Source: Enterobacteria phage JenK1
DNA length: 60,747 nt
Sequence record: NC_029021.1
Strand: one strand, 5' to 3'
The position numbers and the translations under genes were made by a program. This document shows, piece after piece, positions 9,249-19,665 of this stretch. Within the stretch, counting starts at the first letter, position 1, and each line of letters opens with the position of its first letter. The notes beneath the pieces were generated by a model. The model made no database searches, was not told where the DNA came from, and was given only the letters and a program-made list of their open reading frames with translations.

Positions 9249-10430
9249 ATGGCTGAAGGTTCACGTTATAGTAGCTATTACATCAAAGAACAGACCTCCG
9301 GTGTCACTCCGTCTAGCGGAACTCTGAAGGTCTTTCGTGCTACTAAATCGGGTCTTGATATTAAAGTCGCTACTCTGCAATCTGAAGAAATTCGAGATGA
9401 CGCGGAAGTGGCGGATTTCCGTCTTGGTGCTCGTCACGTAGAAGGTACAGCAACGGGTGAATTGTCTTATGAGACATTTGACGACCTGTTGGGTGGTGCA
9501 TTACGTGGTACGTTTGCGGGAGAAGCGTTGACCGCAAGTATCGAGCGCCAATCTTTTACCTTTATTGACTATAACGCAGATATTCCGGATTTCCCGTATA
9601 CCATCTATCGTGGTTGTGAAGTTAACAGTCTTGCAATTACTGTAAGTGCTGAAGCTATCACCAGCGTGGAATTCGGTATCGTTGGTCGTACAATGGAACA
9701 GGCTGCTACCCTGCCGTCTGGTCTAAGTAAAGGTACTCGTACGACTACGTCACCTATGGATGGCTTCTCTGGTAAGCTAACTATGGGCGATGTGTCTGTT
9801 GATGTTATCACTGAGATGGCTATTAACATTGAGAACGGCATCGAGCCTCGTTTCGTTGTTGGTTCCAAGTTCTCTATCAAGCCAAGCTCTAAACGTCGTC
9901 AGATCAGTGGTACACTGACCGCCTACTACGAAGATAACAAACTGCGTAGTAAATTCCTGAACGAACAGGAAAGCGACCTAACTATCGACATCCTGGACGG
10001 AACTACTGGTGCTGGTTATCGTTTCAGTATGCCTCGTATCAAGATTACGGAAGCTCCGCGTCCGATCGATGGTGAAGGCGATATCATGCTGAACATGAGT
10101 TATACTGGTCTGTTGGACCAAGACGAAGGTTACAGCATTCGTATTACTAAACTTCCTCCGATGTCTTTCACGACCGATCTTACAGGAAACAAGACTATCA
10201 CTAAAGGACAAACACTAACCCTTTCAGTTGTGGTCAAAGGTGGCGAAGAACCTTATACCTATGTATGGAAGAAAGGTGGTGTTGTTATTCCGGAAGCTAA
10301 ACAAGCGACATACACTAAATCTAACGCACAAGAGGCGGATGCCGGTCAGTATGTATGTGAAGTAACAGATTCACATGGTCGTACTATACCGAGCACACCT
10401 TGCCTTGTTGCTGTTAATCCTGGTGAGTGA
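9249..10430 (+). CDS. major tail protein with C-terminal Ig-like domain
   Basis: 393 aa; C-terminal roughly 90 aa has an Ig-like pattern (YTYVWKK...GQYVCEVTD); located just upstream of the chaperone and tape measure genes. Confidence 0.65.
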   Translation: MAEGSRYSSYYIKEQTSGVTPSSGTLKVFRATKSGLDIKVATLQSEEIRDDAEVADFRLGARHVEGTATGELSYETFDDLLGGALRGTFAGEALTASIERQSFTFIDYNADIPDFPYTIYRGCEVNSLAITVSAEAITSVEFGIVGRTMEQAATLPSGLSKGTRTTTSPMDGFSGKLTMGDVSVDVITEMAINIENGIEPRFVVGSKFSIKPSSKRRQISGTLTAYYEDNKLRSKFLNEQESDLTIDILDGTTGAGYRFSMPRIKITEAPRPIDGEGDIMLNMSYTGLLDQDEGYSIRITKLPPMSFTTDLTGNKTITKGQTLTLSVVVKGGEEPYTYVWKKGGVVIPEAKQATYTKSNAQEADAGQYVCEVTDSHGRTIPSTPCLVAVNPGE

Positions 10431-10470
10431 TTGGAACGGGGTGCAAACCCCGTTTTATTAAGGAACGATT

Positions 10471-10899
10471 ATGTCTTCAGAAAACAAACAAGTATCCACT
10501 GAAGTTGCAAAGAAAGCTGTTGGTACATCTTTCCGTGACTTTAACTTGAAAAAGAAATTAGAAAACGCTCCGCTGTTGCATTACCCGCTTGTTTTTCCAG
10601 GACAGGGTGATACAGGTCACTGGTTGAAAATTCGCAACCGCCACAGCGAAGAATTTCGTCAAGCAGATTTAAAAGCGCAACGTCAGATCAGTGCGCTTGT
10701 CGTTGCCAACGGATCTTTTGAAAAGATTGATAAGGACATGCTCGACGATATCAATATGCGAGCGTTCTGTAAATTGGTTGCTTCGTGGAGCTTCGAAGAA
10801 GAATGCAACGAAGACAATCTTCTTGAATTCTTTGATAATAATCCGTTTGCGTATGACGACATTAATCGTCTGGCAGCTCAAGATTCCCTTTTTTTCTAA
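10471..10899 (+). CDS. tail assembly chaperone (G-like)
   Basis: 142-aa ORF directly upstream of tape measure; ends just after a T-rich slippery run. Confidence 0.65.
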   Translation: MSSENKQVSTEVAKKAVGTSFRDFNLKKKLENAPLLHYPLVFPGQGDTGHWLKIRNRHSEEFRQADLKAQRQISALVVANGSFEKIDKDMLDDINMRAFCKLVASWSFEEECNEDNLLEFFDNNPFAYDDINRLAAQDSLFF

Positions 10900-11282
10900 G
10901 ATCCCGCGAAAAGTTAATTGATCACTTACTGCTCGAATGGCAATTGCACAGTTGCCCGCCGGGCAGTAAGACTCCAACAATTAAACATCTCCAGCACGTT
11001 AAAAAAGTCACTGGTAAGACTCCCTCCTTACTAGCAAAGTACGAATCCAGCTCCGTACCGCACGAACTCAGATACATTTACAAGTTATTTCTTGACTTTT
11101 ATAATGGTGATAAATTCAGTTACAGCGAATTTAATGCCTGGCAAGATTATATAGGTGTAGAACTTGATTTTAGAGAGCGTGAACTAATTCGGCAGATTTG
11201 TCTTGAACGGCAAGCATTTGATATTAGGCGTCAACAAGAACTTATGCAACACGCTCAGACCAATAATAAAGGAGGTAAATAA
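10471..11282 (+). CDS. tail assembly chaperone frameshift product (GT-like) via -1 frameshift near 10890-10896
   Basis: Heptamer T TTT TTC (10890-10896) lies 1 codon before the G stop; the -1 frame is open from 10866 to 11282 and ends in TAATG overlap with the tape measure start. Confidence 0.5.
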
Positions 11283-14200
11283 TGGCTGATGCAGCTGACA
11301 TCGTCATTAGAGTCCGTGCTGAAGGTATTCAGAATGCTGAAACAGCACTGCGACGCTTGCAAGCGGCAGGTGTAAGAGTTGAGACTGTCAGCTCGCGTAT
11401 GGAGAATGGTTTTCAACGTGCGGCTACAAGTGCTGACGCATTCCATCATGCCATTAGTGCAATCTATACGGTAATGACTGTAACCACACTGACATCCTAC
11501 GTCGGCGGGCTTGCTAAGTTATCGGATGCGTGGCTGGACGTTACTAACAAACTGGCTAACGCCAACTCTGCAAACGAGCAGATGGTTGATATTCAAGAGC
11601 GAGTATTTGGTATCGCTCAAAGAACTCGTACGAGCCTGGAAGCTACGTCAACTCTTTATGCTCGTATGGAACGTTCACTGAACCAGTACGGTGTGACTGG
11701 TAAACAGGTCGCTCAGATCACTGAAACAATTAACAAGGCAATGATTGTTTCTGGTGCAACCACTGCAGAATCTACTGCTGCTATTATCCAGTTCTCACAG
11801 GGTCTGCAATCCGGCGTGTTACGTGGGGACGAATTCCGTTCTGTAATGGAACAAGCTCCTCGTCTTGGTAAGATGATTGCAGATGGTCTTGGTGTTGGTA
11901 CTGCTGGTCTACGTGAGATGGCTAACACTGGACAATTAACCGCTGATGTTGTTATTAACTCCATCTCTAAAGCTGCATCAACTATTGACGATGAGTTTAA
12001 TCGTACAATACCAACGTTCTCTCAGCGAATGGAGATTGCGAATAACAACCTGATTAAATTCGCGGGAACGTCAACCTCGGTACAAACTGTGGTCAATTCA
12101 ATGGGTGCTGTCATTGAAACTGCTACAGACCACCTCACCTTGCTGTCTAATATCGCAATCGGTGTTGCTGCTATTGTTGGCGGTCGAATGATTACCGCCC
12201 TGGCTGGGCAGATTGCAGCATTCATAAAGCTCAACGCGATACAAGCAAGTAGCTCGGCCATAAACATCAAGACCATTGATGGTATCACAAGATCCGCAGT
12301 AGCTCGATATAATGAAGCACAAGCAACGTTAGCACAGGTTGCAGCCGAGCGCACCAAGATTCAGGCGGCATTGCAAGCCAACCAAACGTATTATAAAGGT
12401 ATAGCGACACTCAACGCATACATGCAGAATACGCGGCAGGTGCGCGAAGCTACGGAAGCTGTTGCTATTGCCCAGACTACCATGCAGGCGCGTATGGCTG
12501 CCGCGACTGTAGCGTCCCGTGTGCTTACTGTCACCATGACAGGCCTGCGGACGGTAATGGGCTTGATGGGTGGACCTGTAGGTGTGGTCACATTGGCTGC
12601 TGCCGCATGGTTCATGTGGAGTCAAAACAGTAAACAAGCTGTCCAGGATGCACAGAACCTTGCTTCCTCCCAAGAAGATTTAAAGAACAAGTTAAAAGAA
12701 ACAACTCTTGAACAGCAACGAGCTCTTAGTGTTCAGTTGCAACGTGCCGCTATTACGTTGGACGAACAGATTGCCTCTGAAAACAGGGAGTTGGCTGAAT
12801 TAAAGAACCGTCTTAGCACAGTAACGCGCTATCAAGCTGAAGCAACTGAAGGAACAAGCGAGTATAACCGACTCACTAAAGACCGTAAGGAATTAGAAGG
12901 TGACGTTGCTATTAAGATTGGTGAAATATCTACTCTTGAGCAAAAAGCACAACAGATTAAATCTAATTTAACGACTGTACTGAACAATTTAACTGCTGCT
13001 GTAATGGGTCATACTGATGCACTCAAAGCAGAAAACGAGCAGTTATCTATTAATATCAGTTCTGCTGCCGGTCGTTCGAAGGAGCTAGTTAGTGCAATCC
13101 AAGCTCAGAATAATGAGCTCGATGTTGCTCAATTGAAGATGTCTGGTCATGCACGACAAGCAAGCATCTTAAAAGATGCTCAGACAGCTCTTGGTAAGAA
13201 GTATAAAGAAAACGAATCCTTCATCAAGAACTATATTAGCGGTCATGCTGACGCAACTGCTGTATTAACGGATGAGCAACGAGGACTGGTTGAATTTATC
13301 AACTTGTCTGGAAAGAACTATGACGCTCAGAAGAAGATCCATGAACAGCAAGAAAAAGAACGTCAGAGTAAGAAAGACAATAAAGCTGCCATACGCTATG
13401 CTGAACAATGGGATAAAGCATATGAACGCGTAGAAGCGCGTGGTGCTACTGGTTTACAGCGTCTTAACTTACAGCAAGAAGCTGAAGTTCGTGCTATTCG
13501 TGATAAAGCTGAACGAGCTAAAGCATCTGAAGAAGAATTACAGAATGCGTTACTGGCTATTCAACGTAAGTACGATCTGAAACGTGCAGAACTGGCAGAG
13601 CAGTACAAGCCAGGCGTTGCAATGGTGCGTGCGTACAAAGAAGCCCAGCAAGAAATAAATCAGTTGCTTGAAGCTGGTTTATTGACAGAGCAACAGGCAT
13701 ATACGGCTAGATTGAATTTGCAGGCGGATTATTATACAAAACGTGCGCAGATGCAATCTGAATTGAACCCTGCTGGACAAGCTGCTGATCAAGAAGCTGC
13801 TGAACTTGCAACACTTAAATCCCAGTATGAAACAGCGATTGAACTAGCTGCTGGCAAAGAAGAGCAACTAACCGCTATCAAAGAGAACTATGAGCGCATA
13901 CGACACGACATTCAGTTGAAGTACGCTCAGAAGCAGATGCTCGCTCAGAACCAGACGGCAATGGCTTACATTGAAAGTCTGAGTTCTATGGCTGGGTCAA
14001 TGACCACAATTATGGCGGCTGCTGGCGATGACGCTAGTGGTGCTTACAGGGTTATGTTTGCACTGTCTAAATCGTTCAGTATTGCTCAGTCGATGTTAAG
14101 TATTACCACCGCACTGTCGCAGGTGTTAGCAGATCCGACAGCATTGACACCGATGCAAAAGATGGCCAACTATGCAACTATTGCGGCCGCTGGTGCTAAC

Positions 14201-14542
14201 ATTATTTCGACATTATCCAGTGTCGCTCTTACTGGTATGGCTCACGATGGTATAGCCAACGTTCCAGAAGAGGGTACGTGGCTTCTGAATAAAGGTGAAC
14301 GAGTTCTTAGTCCCCAACAGAACGCGGACTTTACTAACTTTATGAAGGGTCAATCAAATACTGGCAATAATTCGGGTGGGGGTGTTATCATTAACCAGAA
14401 CTTTAACATCCAGGGTAGTGGTGATGCAGCTTTGAAAAGCGCAGTTCAACAAGCTGCGAGAGATGGCGCCCAGCAAGGTTATAACATGGTACTCCAAGAC
14501 TTTGCTAACCGTGGATCAATTAGAAAATTAGCGTTGGGGTAA
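11282..14542 (+). CDS. tail tape measure protein
   Basis: 1086 aa, Ala/Gln-rich and largely helical-looking, with hydrophobic Gly-rich segments; follows chaperone pair. Confidence 0.85.
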   Translation: MADAADIVIRVRAEGIQNAETALRRLQAAGVRVETVSSRMENGFQRAATSADAFHHAISAIYTVMTVTTLTSYVGGLAKLSDAWLDVTNKLANANSANEQMVDIQERVFGIAQRTRTSLEATSTLYARMERSLNQYGVTGKQVAQITETINKAMIVSGATTAESTAAIIQFSQGLQSGVLRGDEFRSVMEQAPRLGKMIADGLGVGTAGLREMANTGQLTADVVINSISKAASTIDDEFNRTIPTFSQRMEIANNNLIKFAGTSTSVQTVVNSMGAVIETATDHLTLLSNIAIGVAAIVGGRMITALAGQIAAFIKLNAIQASSSAINIKTIDGITRSAVARYNEAQATLAQVAAERTKIQAALQANQTYYKGIATLNAYMQNTRQVREATEAVAIAQTTMQARMAAATVASRVLTVTMTGLRTVMGLMGGPVGVVTLAAAAWFMWSQNSKQAVQDAQNLASSQEDLKNKLKETTLEQQRALSVQLQRAAITLDEQIASENRELAELKNRLSTVTRYQAEATEGTSEYNRLTKDRKELEGDVAIKIGEISTLEQKAQQIKSNLTTVLNNLTAAVMGHTDALKAENEQLSINISSAAGRSKELVSAIQAQNNELDVAQLKMSGHARQASILKDAQTALGKKYKENESFIKNYISGHADATAVLTDEQRGLVEFINLSGKNYDAQKKIHEQQEKERQSKKDNKAAIRYAEQWDKAYERVEARGATGLQRLNLQQEAEVRAIRDKAERAKASEEELQNALLAIQRKYDLKRAELAEQYKPGVAMVRAYKEAQQEINQLLEAGLLTEQQAYTARLNLQADYYTKRAQMQSELNPAGQAADQEAAELATLKSQYETAIELAAGKEEQLTAIKENYERIRHDIQLKYAQKQMLAQNQTAMAYIESLSSMAGSMTTIMAAAGDDASGAYRVMFALSKSFSIAQSMLSITTALSQVLADPTALTPMQKMANYATIAAAGANIISTLSSVALTGMAHDGIANVPEEGTWLLNKGERVLSPQQNADFTNFMKGQSNTGNNSGGGVIINQNFNIQGSGDAALKSAVQQAARDGAQQGYNMVLQDFANRGSIRKLALG

Positions 14543-14544
14543 AG

Positions 14545-15135
14545 ATGGCGATATTAACCTGGCCTGAAGCCTTAAGACCTTCTACAATGGACTGGGATCT
14601 CGTATCTAACTCTGTAAAATTTACAAGCCCCTTCAACGGGGCTTCACAGGTTGTAGGATATCCAGGATCACGTTGGAAGGCAAGTCTTAAATTTAATAAC
14701 TTGGACGATTGGGAATCCCGAAAGCTGGAAGTCCTTATCGCTAAGTTGGACGGCATGGTTGGCATGATAAAGTTGCACGACTTCGGTAGATGGGGACGCC
14801 CACCAGTTGGGACACCTGTGGTCAAAGGAGCAAATAATACCGGGACACAGATACAGTCAAGAGGTTGGCTCGCTAAACGCCTTGTTCTACAAGAAGGTGA
14901 TTACATTACTGTCAACAACGAACTCAAACTTGTTACAGAAGATGTATGGAGCGACGCCAGTGGTCTTGCTACGGTGTACTTTGCACCTATGTTAAGAAAT
15001 GTTCCACCTGACGGAGCTAAGATAGAGACTGAAAACCCATTTGGATTGTTTCGTTTATCCGATAACACAAATGGTGTGTCCCGTCAACCCGCATTCAATA
15101 ACTCGTTCACGTTAGAGTTTGAGGAGACTTTTTAA
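14545..15135 (+). CDS. minor tail protein
   Basis: 196-aa ORF between tape measure and tip protein genes. Confidence 0.5.
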   Translation: MAILTWPEALRPSTMDWDLVSNSVKFTSPFNGASQVVGYPGSRWKASLKFNNLDDWESRKLEVLIAKLDGMVGMIKLHDFGRWGRPPVGTPVVKGANNTGTQIQSRGWLAKRLVLQEGDYITVNNELKLVTEDVWSDASGLATVYFAPMLRNVPPDGAKIETENPFGLFRLSDNTNGVSRQPAFNNSFTLEFEETF

Positions 15136-15720
15136 ATGATATTTAGTCCATTCAGTGACTCTTTATTGGACTCTATGGAACAACCTAGCGTCACGATGAT
15201 AATTGCAGTTGCAATTTATTTTGATTCGGGAACAACAAGAGTCCATTCTGGTACTGGCGTATTATCTATTGATGGTCAGACATTCGTTGGTGTCGGTAAT
15301 CTTGGTGATGTAGGTGGTGTCACGGAAGAGAATACTACCAGTGCAAGTACGATGTCTCTTACATTAAGTGGACTTGATATGACACTTGTTGGGCAGACAC
15401 TCAATGAAAACTGCGTAGGACGCGATGTGAAATGTTATATTGCTACTATGGATGAAAGAGGGCAAGTGACTAACGCTAACGTCCTTTTTGAAGGTTTTAT
15501 TAGTGATACTGCAATGCAAGCGGGCACAACAAACGCTATCACATATACGGTGTCAAATATATTTGAAAAGTGGTCTTCCGGTATACCGGATCGTTATACG
15601 GATGAAAGCCAACAGCGATTACATCCAGGAGATCGCTTCTTTAGATATGTTGCACAGATGGCAGAGCGTTCAATTTATTGGGGAAGTAAAAAAGATGCAC
15701 CAGGATTCAACTACAATTAA
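15136..15720 (+). CDS. minor tail protein
   Basis: 194-aa ORF, translationally coupled in the tail tip module. Confidence 0.5.
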   Translation: MIFSPFSDSLLDSMEQPSVTMIIAVAIYFDSGTTRVHSGTGVLSIDGQTFVGVGNLGDVGGVTEENTTSASTMSLTLSGLDMTLVGQTLNENCVGRDVKCYIATMDERGQVTNANVLFEGFISDTAMQAGTTNAITYTVSNIFEKWSSGIPDRYTDESQQRLHPGDRFFRYVAQMAERSIYWGSKKDAPGFNYN

Positions 15721-16129
15721 GATTCCAGGTTGGCAGACACGCTTGCTAACCACAGTTAACTCCCTCAAAGAAGTTCCTTTCCAATGGGGTCAAAATGATT
15801 GCTGCATCTTTGCCGCTAAGTGTATTGATGCTCAATATGGTACAAAGATTGCGGATGAAGTTGTCGGTCAATATGACTCCGAGATTAGCTGTAAACGATT
15901 TATGCTAAAACGAGTCAAAGACACATCCTTAGCAATGGTTCTTGACTCATTCTTACCAGTTCGTGTAGACAGAAAGTTTGCTCAACGCGGTGACGTAGTG
16001 ACATTTAACGGGGATCTTGGCTTAACTGCTGGGGTGCTGTGGACAGGTTGCATCTGGGCGATGGGCCCGAATGGTGTTGTTACCTTTAAACTGGCGGACG
16101 TCGAAATCACAGACGCGTGGAGGGTGTAA
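15695..16129 (+). CDS. tail assembly protein with NlpC/P60-like motif (lambda K-like C-terminal domain)
   Basis: ATG at 15695 (track start 15488 overlaps the upstream gene); WGQNDCC and GDVV motifs resemble the NlpC/P60 part of lambda K; immediately precedes the J-like gene. Confidence 0.4.
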   Translation: MHQDSTTIKIPGWQTRLLTTVNSLKEVPFQWGQNDCCIFAAKCIDAQYGTKIADEVVGQYDSEISCKRFMLKRVKDTSLAMVLDSFLPVRVDRKFAQRGDVVTFNGDLGLTAGVLWTGCIWAMGPNGVVTFKLADVEITDAWRV

Positions 16130-19100
16130 ATGCCACCAGCAATAATTGGAGCTGTAGTTGCTATCGGTGCAGCGGCTGGGGCAGCGGCAGGTATTATCAC
16201 AGCCACTACTGCGCTTGTGATTGGTATTGCTGCCAGTGCTGCTGGAGCTCTACTTACAAAAACTCAGAGCTATAACTTTGACTCCTATACACCTCAGAGT
16301 GAGCGTAAACAGGTTATTCGTGCTGCTGCTGCATCCAGGACAGTGATTTATGGGACAACTGTGTCTAGTGGTGTTCTTGTATTTGCAGAAGAAGAACCTG
16401 GAGTACAGGATCCAGATAAACACGGTGAGAACTACGAGAAGTTGACTCTTGTATTGGCATTAGCTGGGCACGAACTGACCGAAGTAGGACAAGTGTGGTT
16501 AGGGGATGATCCAATAGGTACTTATGCGGGAAATGCGTCCTATAAGGTATACAACAATCCTACTACGGTCAGCCAAGACATGTTGAATCGTTGCCCATCA
16601 TGGAAAAGGGACATGATTGGTAAAGGTATCTGCTGGATGCAATTGAATCTAGTATATGATTCACAGAAGTTTCCAGCTGGGCTTCCTAATGTCAAATGTG
16701 TTAAGAAGGGGAGAAAAGTTCTAGACCCTAGAACTGGTCAGATGGTGTTTAGCAATAATGCCGCCCTTGTGATTTTGGACTATCTTCGAGTGTATCTTAA
16801 ACGCGGAGACGATTCAATTCTTTGGGACCAGTTCAAAGAGGCCGCTAACATATGTGATGAAAGAGTTAAGAACGCGGATGACACGTTTGAATCCCGGTAT
16901 ACTATCAACGGGGAATTTGACATGGATGAAGCACCTTCCAAGATCCTGGAAGACATGCTTGACGCTTGCGGTGGGGAGTTGACTTATATCGGCGGTAAGC
17001 ATGGTATCCTAGTAGGTGCATATTACGGGCCTCCGGAATTAACTCTGGATACGAGTTGCATTGCTGGTGACATTAAAATCACACCAGAGACAGCTTTTAA
17101 AGATCGAACTAATACAATCACAGGTACTTACATCGATCCTCTGCAAAACTATCAAGAAGCAGACTTCCCGTCTGTAAGTGTTTCTGAATGGGTACAACAA
17201 GACGGTCAAGAGATTACACAAGACGTCGATTATCGTTTTGTCACAAGCCCATATCAGGCTCAACGTCTAGCTAACTTGACGTTGAAACGCAAACGTATTG
17301 GTCGTTCCATCGAGATACCATGTAACATGCGTGGGTATCGTTTCCGTCCAGGTATGTATGTCTACGTTGACATTCCTAATATTGGAATGAACAAAGTAGA
17401 GATGCGTGTTATTAAGTGGCAGTTTGATCCGAAAGGTGGTGTCACTGTAACTGTACGTCAAGACTTCCCGGACTTATGGGACGATGCAATTGGCAAACCT
17501 GTAGAGCGACCAGATCTAGTGGATTTGCCTACTGGTGGCGCTATGCAACCTCAGAACCTACAATATGAAGTCTTACAAATTAGCGACGTTGTACAGGGTG
17601 TTCTGTCGTGGCAAAATATAATGGCTGTAGCCTACAACAACGTAGTAATTAAGAAAGATGGTACTACCGTATTGACGGTGCAAGTACCGGGCCAGAGCAC
17701 GCGGATTACGGGGCTTATTCGCGGCGCTTATACAGCACATGTGAAAGCTGTGGCGTATACCGGCGCAACAAGTCCAGAAGCGTATCTTGAATTCAATATT
17801 CAAGCACCTTCCGCCCCTACGTCTGTTGAAGTAACGCAAGGCTACTTCGCAGTGACATTGAAACCAAAATCTGCAGATCTGGCGAACGTTAGTACACAAT
17901 ATGATTTCTGGACGTCCGGTGAAACAAGATTACCATCCGCCGCTGTAGACGTTGTAGAACGACAGGCCACCCGTGCTGGTATGGGCACAACGTGGACTTC
18001 AGAGGGGTTGCTTAATGACCACACTTATTACTGGTACGTGCGGGCAATTAATGCTTTTGGTTCTTCTTCATTTGTAGAGGTGGCTGCAAGATGCTTCACA
18101 GATGCTGCTGGCCTTATTCCGCAAATTGACACAGAGTTCAAAGGTACTAACACCTATAAAGAACTTATGGCTGAGATTGGAAGCGTCAGCGATGGTGTCA
18201 AGAGTTATGTGGACGACCAAATTGAAACCTCTGAAGGGCGCTTAACTCAAACAATAGATACAGTACAACAATCTGTAGTTCTTGTTGACGGTAAAGTGCA
18301 GCAACAGGGCGTCACAATCAATGAACAGGGGCAGTTAATAGATGCTCAAGGTAAGTTGATCGAGACAAACGGCCAACAGATCAATGTGGTCAAAGCTACT
18401 GTACAGGAAGTCAGTAAGTCCGTTGTGGATCTTGAAGGTAACGTCAACGCTCAGTGGGGTGCCAAGATCCAGGTAGATAGTAAAGGTCAAAAATACGTTG
18501 CCGGTATTCAGTTAGGTATGGAAGGTTCCGGTGGAGCCATTCAATCTTACTTTATGGTCAACGCCAACAACTTCGCTATCTATAACCCAACTAACAGCAC
18601 AGCGGATTTAGCATTTGCAGTTAAAAACGGTCAAGTGTTCATGAAGGCAGCGTTCATTGAGAACGGTTCTATTGATAATGCTAAGATCGGTAACTATATT
18701 CAATCTAACAACTATGTAGCTGGTTCTGCAGGCTGGAAGTTGAATAAAGCTGGGGATGCTGAACTGAATAATGTTGTCGTGAGGGGTACGGTATATGCCA
18801 CGAACGGTAGATTCACAGGCGAGATACAAGCAACTAGTGGGACATTTAAAGGTACAGTTGAAGCAAGTAGATTTATCGGGGATGTAGTCGCAATCTATAC
18901 TTTCCCAGATATATTAAGTATAGGTACGGATATTTCCGGTGAGCAATATAAAGTATACACTTATAATGACTCGTCATCCTCCCCACAAGCAAGATCTGTT
19001 GTATTTGATTGTATAGTGAGAACTACAAATACTACAAATGGATATAAATTAAAACTAACATTAGCAGGTCAATATAGGGAATATGTATTCTATCAAACTA

Positions 19101-19258
19101 ATACTATGATTCCTATAAAATTCGGAGTAAGTGGAGTTACAACACGTAGTATACAACTGATTCTGGATACAGATAGGGGTAGTGGTACACATATAGATAT
19201 AATAGCACCGACATTAACAATAGGGAGAGCTAGTGGTACTTTCACTGTAAGTGGATAA
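16130..19258 (+). CDS. tail tip / host specificity protein (lambda J-like)
   Basis: 1042 aa; C-terminal half contains segments matching lambda J as recalled (YVAGIQLGMEGSG...NNFAIYNP, fibronectin-like YYWYVRAINAFGSSSFVEV). Confidence 0.85.
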   Translation: MPPAIIGAVVAIGAAAGAAAGIITATTALVIGIAASAAGALLTKTQSYNFDSYTPQSERKQVIRAAAASRTVIYGTTVSSGVLVFAEEEPGVQDPDKHGENYEKLTLVLALAGHELTEVGQVWLGDDPIGTYAGNASYKVYNNPTTVSQDMLNRCPSWKRDMIGKGICWMQLNLVYDSQKFPAGLPNVKCVKKGRKVLDPRTGQMVFSNNAALVILDYLRVYLKRGDDSILWDQFKEAANICDERVKNADDTFESRYTINGEFDMDEAPSKILEDMLDACGGELTYIGGKHGILVGAYYGPPELTLDTSCIAGDIKITPETAFKDRTNTITGTYIDPLQNYQEADFPSVSVSEWVQQDGQEITQDVDYRFVTSPYQAQRLANLTLKRKRIGRSIEIPCNMRGYRFRPGMYVYVDIPNIGMNKVEMRVIKWQFDPKGGVTVTVRQDFPDLWDDAIGKPVERPDLVDLPTGGAMQPQNLQYEVLQISDVVQGVLSWQNIMAVAYNNVVIKKDGTTVLTVQVPGQSTRITGLIRGAYTAHVKAVAYTGATSPEAYLEFNIQAPSAPTSVEVTQGYFAVTLKPKSADLANVSTQYDFWTSGETRLPSAAVDVVERQATRAGMGTTWTSEGLLNDHTYYWYVRAINAFGSSSFVEVAARCFTDAAGLIPQIDTEFKGTNTYKELMAEIGSVSDGVKSYVDDQIETSEGRLTQTIDTVQQSVVLVDGKVQQQGVTINEQGQLIDAQGKLIETNGQQINVVKATVQEVSKSVVDLEGNVNAQWGAKIQVDSKGQKYVAGIQLGMEGSGGAIQSYFMVNANNFAIYNPTNSTADLAFAVKNGQVFMKAAFIENGSIDNAKIGNYIQSNNYVAGSAGWKLNKAGDAELNNVVVRGTVYATNGRFTGEIQATSGTFKGTVEASRFIGDVVAIYTFPDILSIGTDISGEQYKVYTYNDSSSSPQARSVVFDCIVRTTNTTNGYKLKLTLAGQYREYVFYQTNTMIPIKFGVSGVTTRSIQLILDTDRGSGTHIDIIAPTLTIGRASGTFTVSG

Positions 19259-19263
19259 AAAAT

Positions 19264-19283
19264 AGGCGCTCTATCGAGCGCCT
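19264..19283. terminator. bidirectional terminator between J-like gene and minus-strand moron
   Basis: Perfect 8-bp stem aggcgctc / gagcgcct with tatc loop, A/T runs on both sides. Confidence 0.6.
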
Positions 19284-19288
19284 ATAAT

Positions 19289-19579
19289 TTATTTACAACC
19301 TTCAGACCAACCAACACGGTTCATAGCCGGTGAGCAATCAGGTTTGACTTTTTTACCTTTCATCCACTCAGCTTTAGCTTTACCAGCGGTAGTACCTTCG
19401 TAGATGGAAGTCTGGTGCTCAATGTTACTTACTCCACCAGTATGCCCGCCTAATGATGAACCACTACCAGGACCACCAGCTCCACCATTACCTGGACCAC
19501 CAGTACCACCGGAAGGACCAGTCGCGTAAGCAAACGTAGCAGTCATAGAAAGGATAATGGCGCAGATTAAAGTCTTCAT
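19289..19579 (-). CDS. secreted Gly-rich small protein (moron)
   Basis: Start at second Met (MKTLICAIILSMTATFAYA signal peptide) with AAGGAG RBS; Gly-rich mature region with two C-terminal Cys; opposite strand to flanking tail genes. Confidence 0.6.
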   Translation of the reverse strand: MKTLICAIILSMTATFAYATGPSGGTGGPGNGGAGGPGSGSSLGGHTGGVSNIEHQTSIYEGTTAGKAKAEWMKGKKVKPDCSPAMNRVGWSEGCK

Positions 19580-19610
19580 TTCGAACTCCTTTATGTTTGT
19601 GTGTAACAAC

Positions 19611-19638
19611 TATATAGGGATATAATTTAAGATGTAAA
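19611..19638 (-). promoter_or_regulatory. candidate sigma70 promoter for moron
   Basis: Minus strand TTTACA - 16 bp - TATATA upstream of the moron RBS. Confidence 0.35.
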
Positions 19639-19665
19639 CCCCGATCTTATATAAGGGCACAACTC

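Noticed and set aside
16814-18829. Minus-strand ORFs inside the J-like gene (16814-17002, 17039-17263, 17573-17899, 18608-18829)
   Set aside because: Antisense to a well-supported long gene, no RBS, unremarkable translations.
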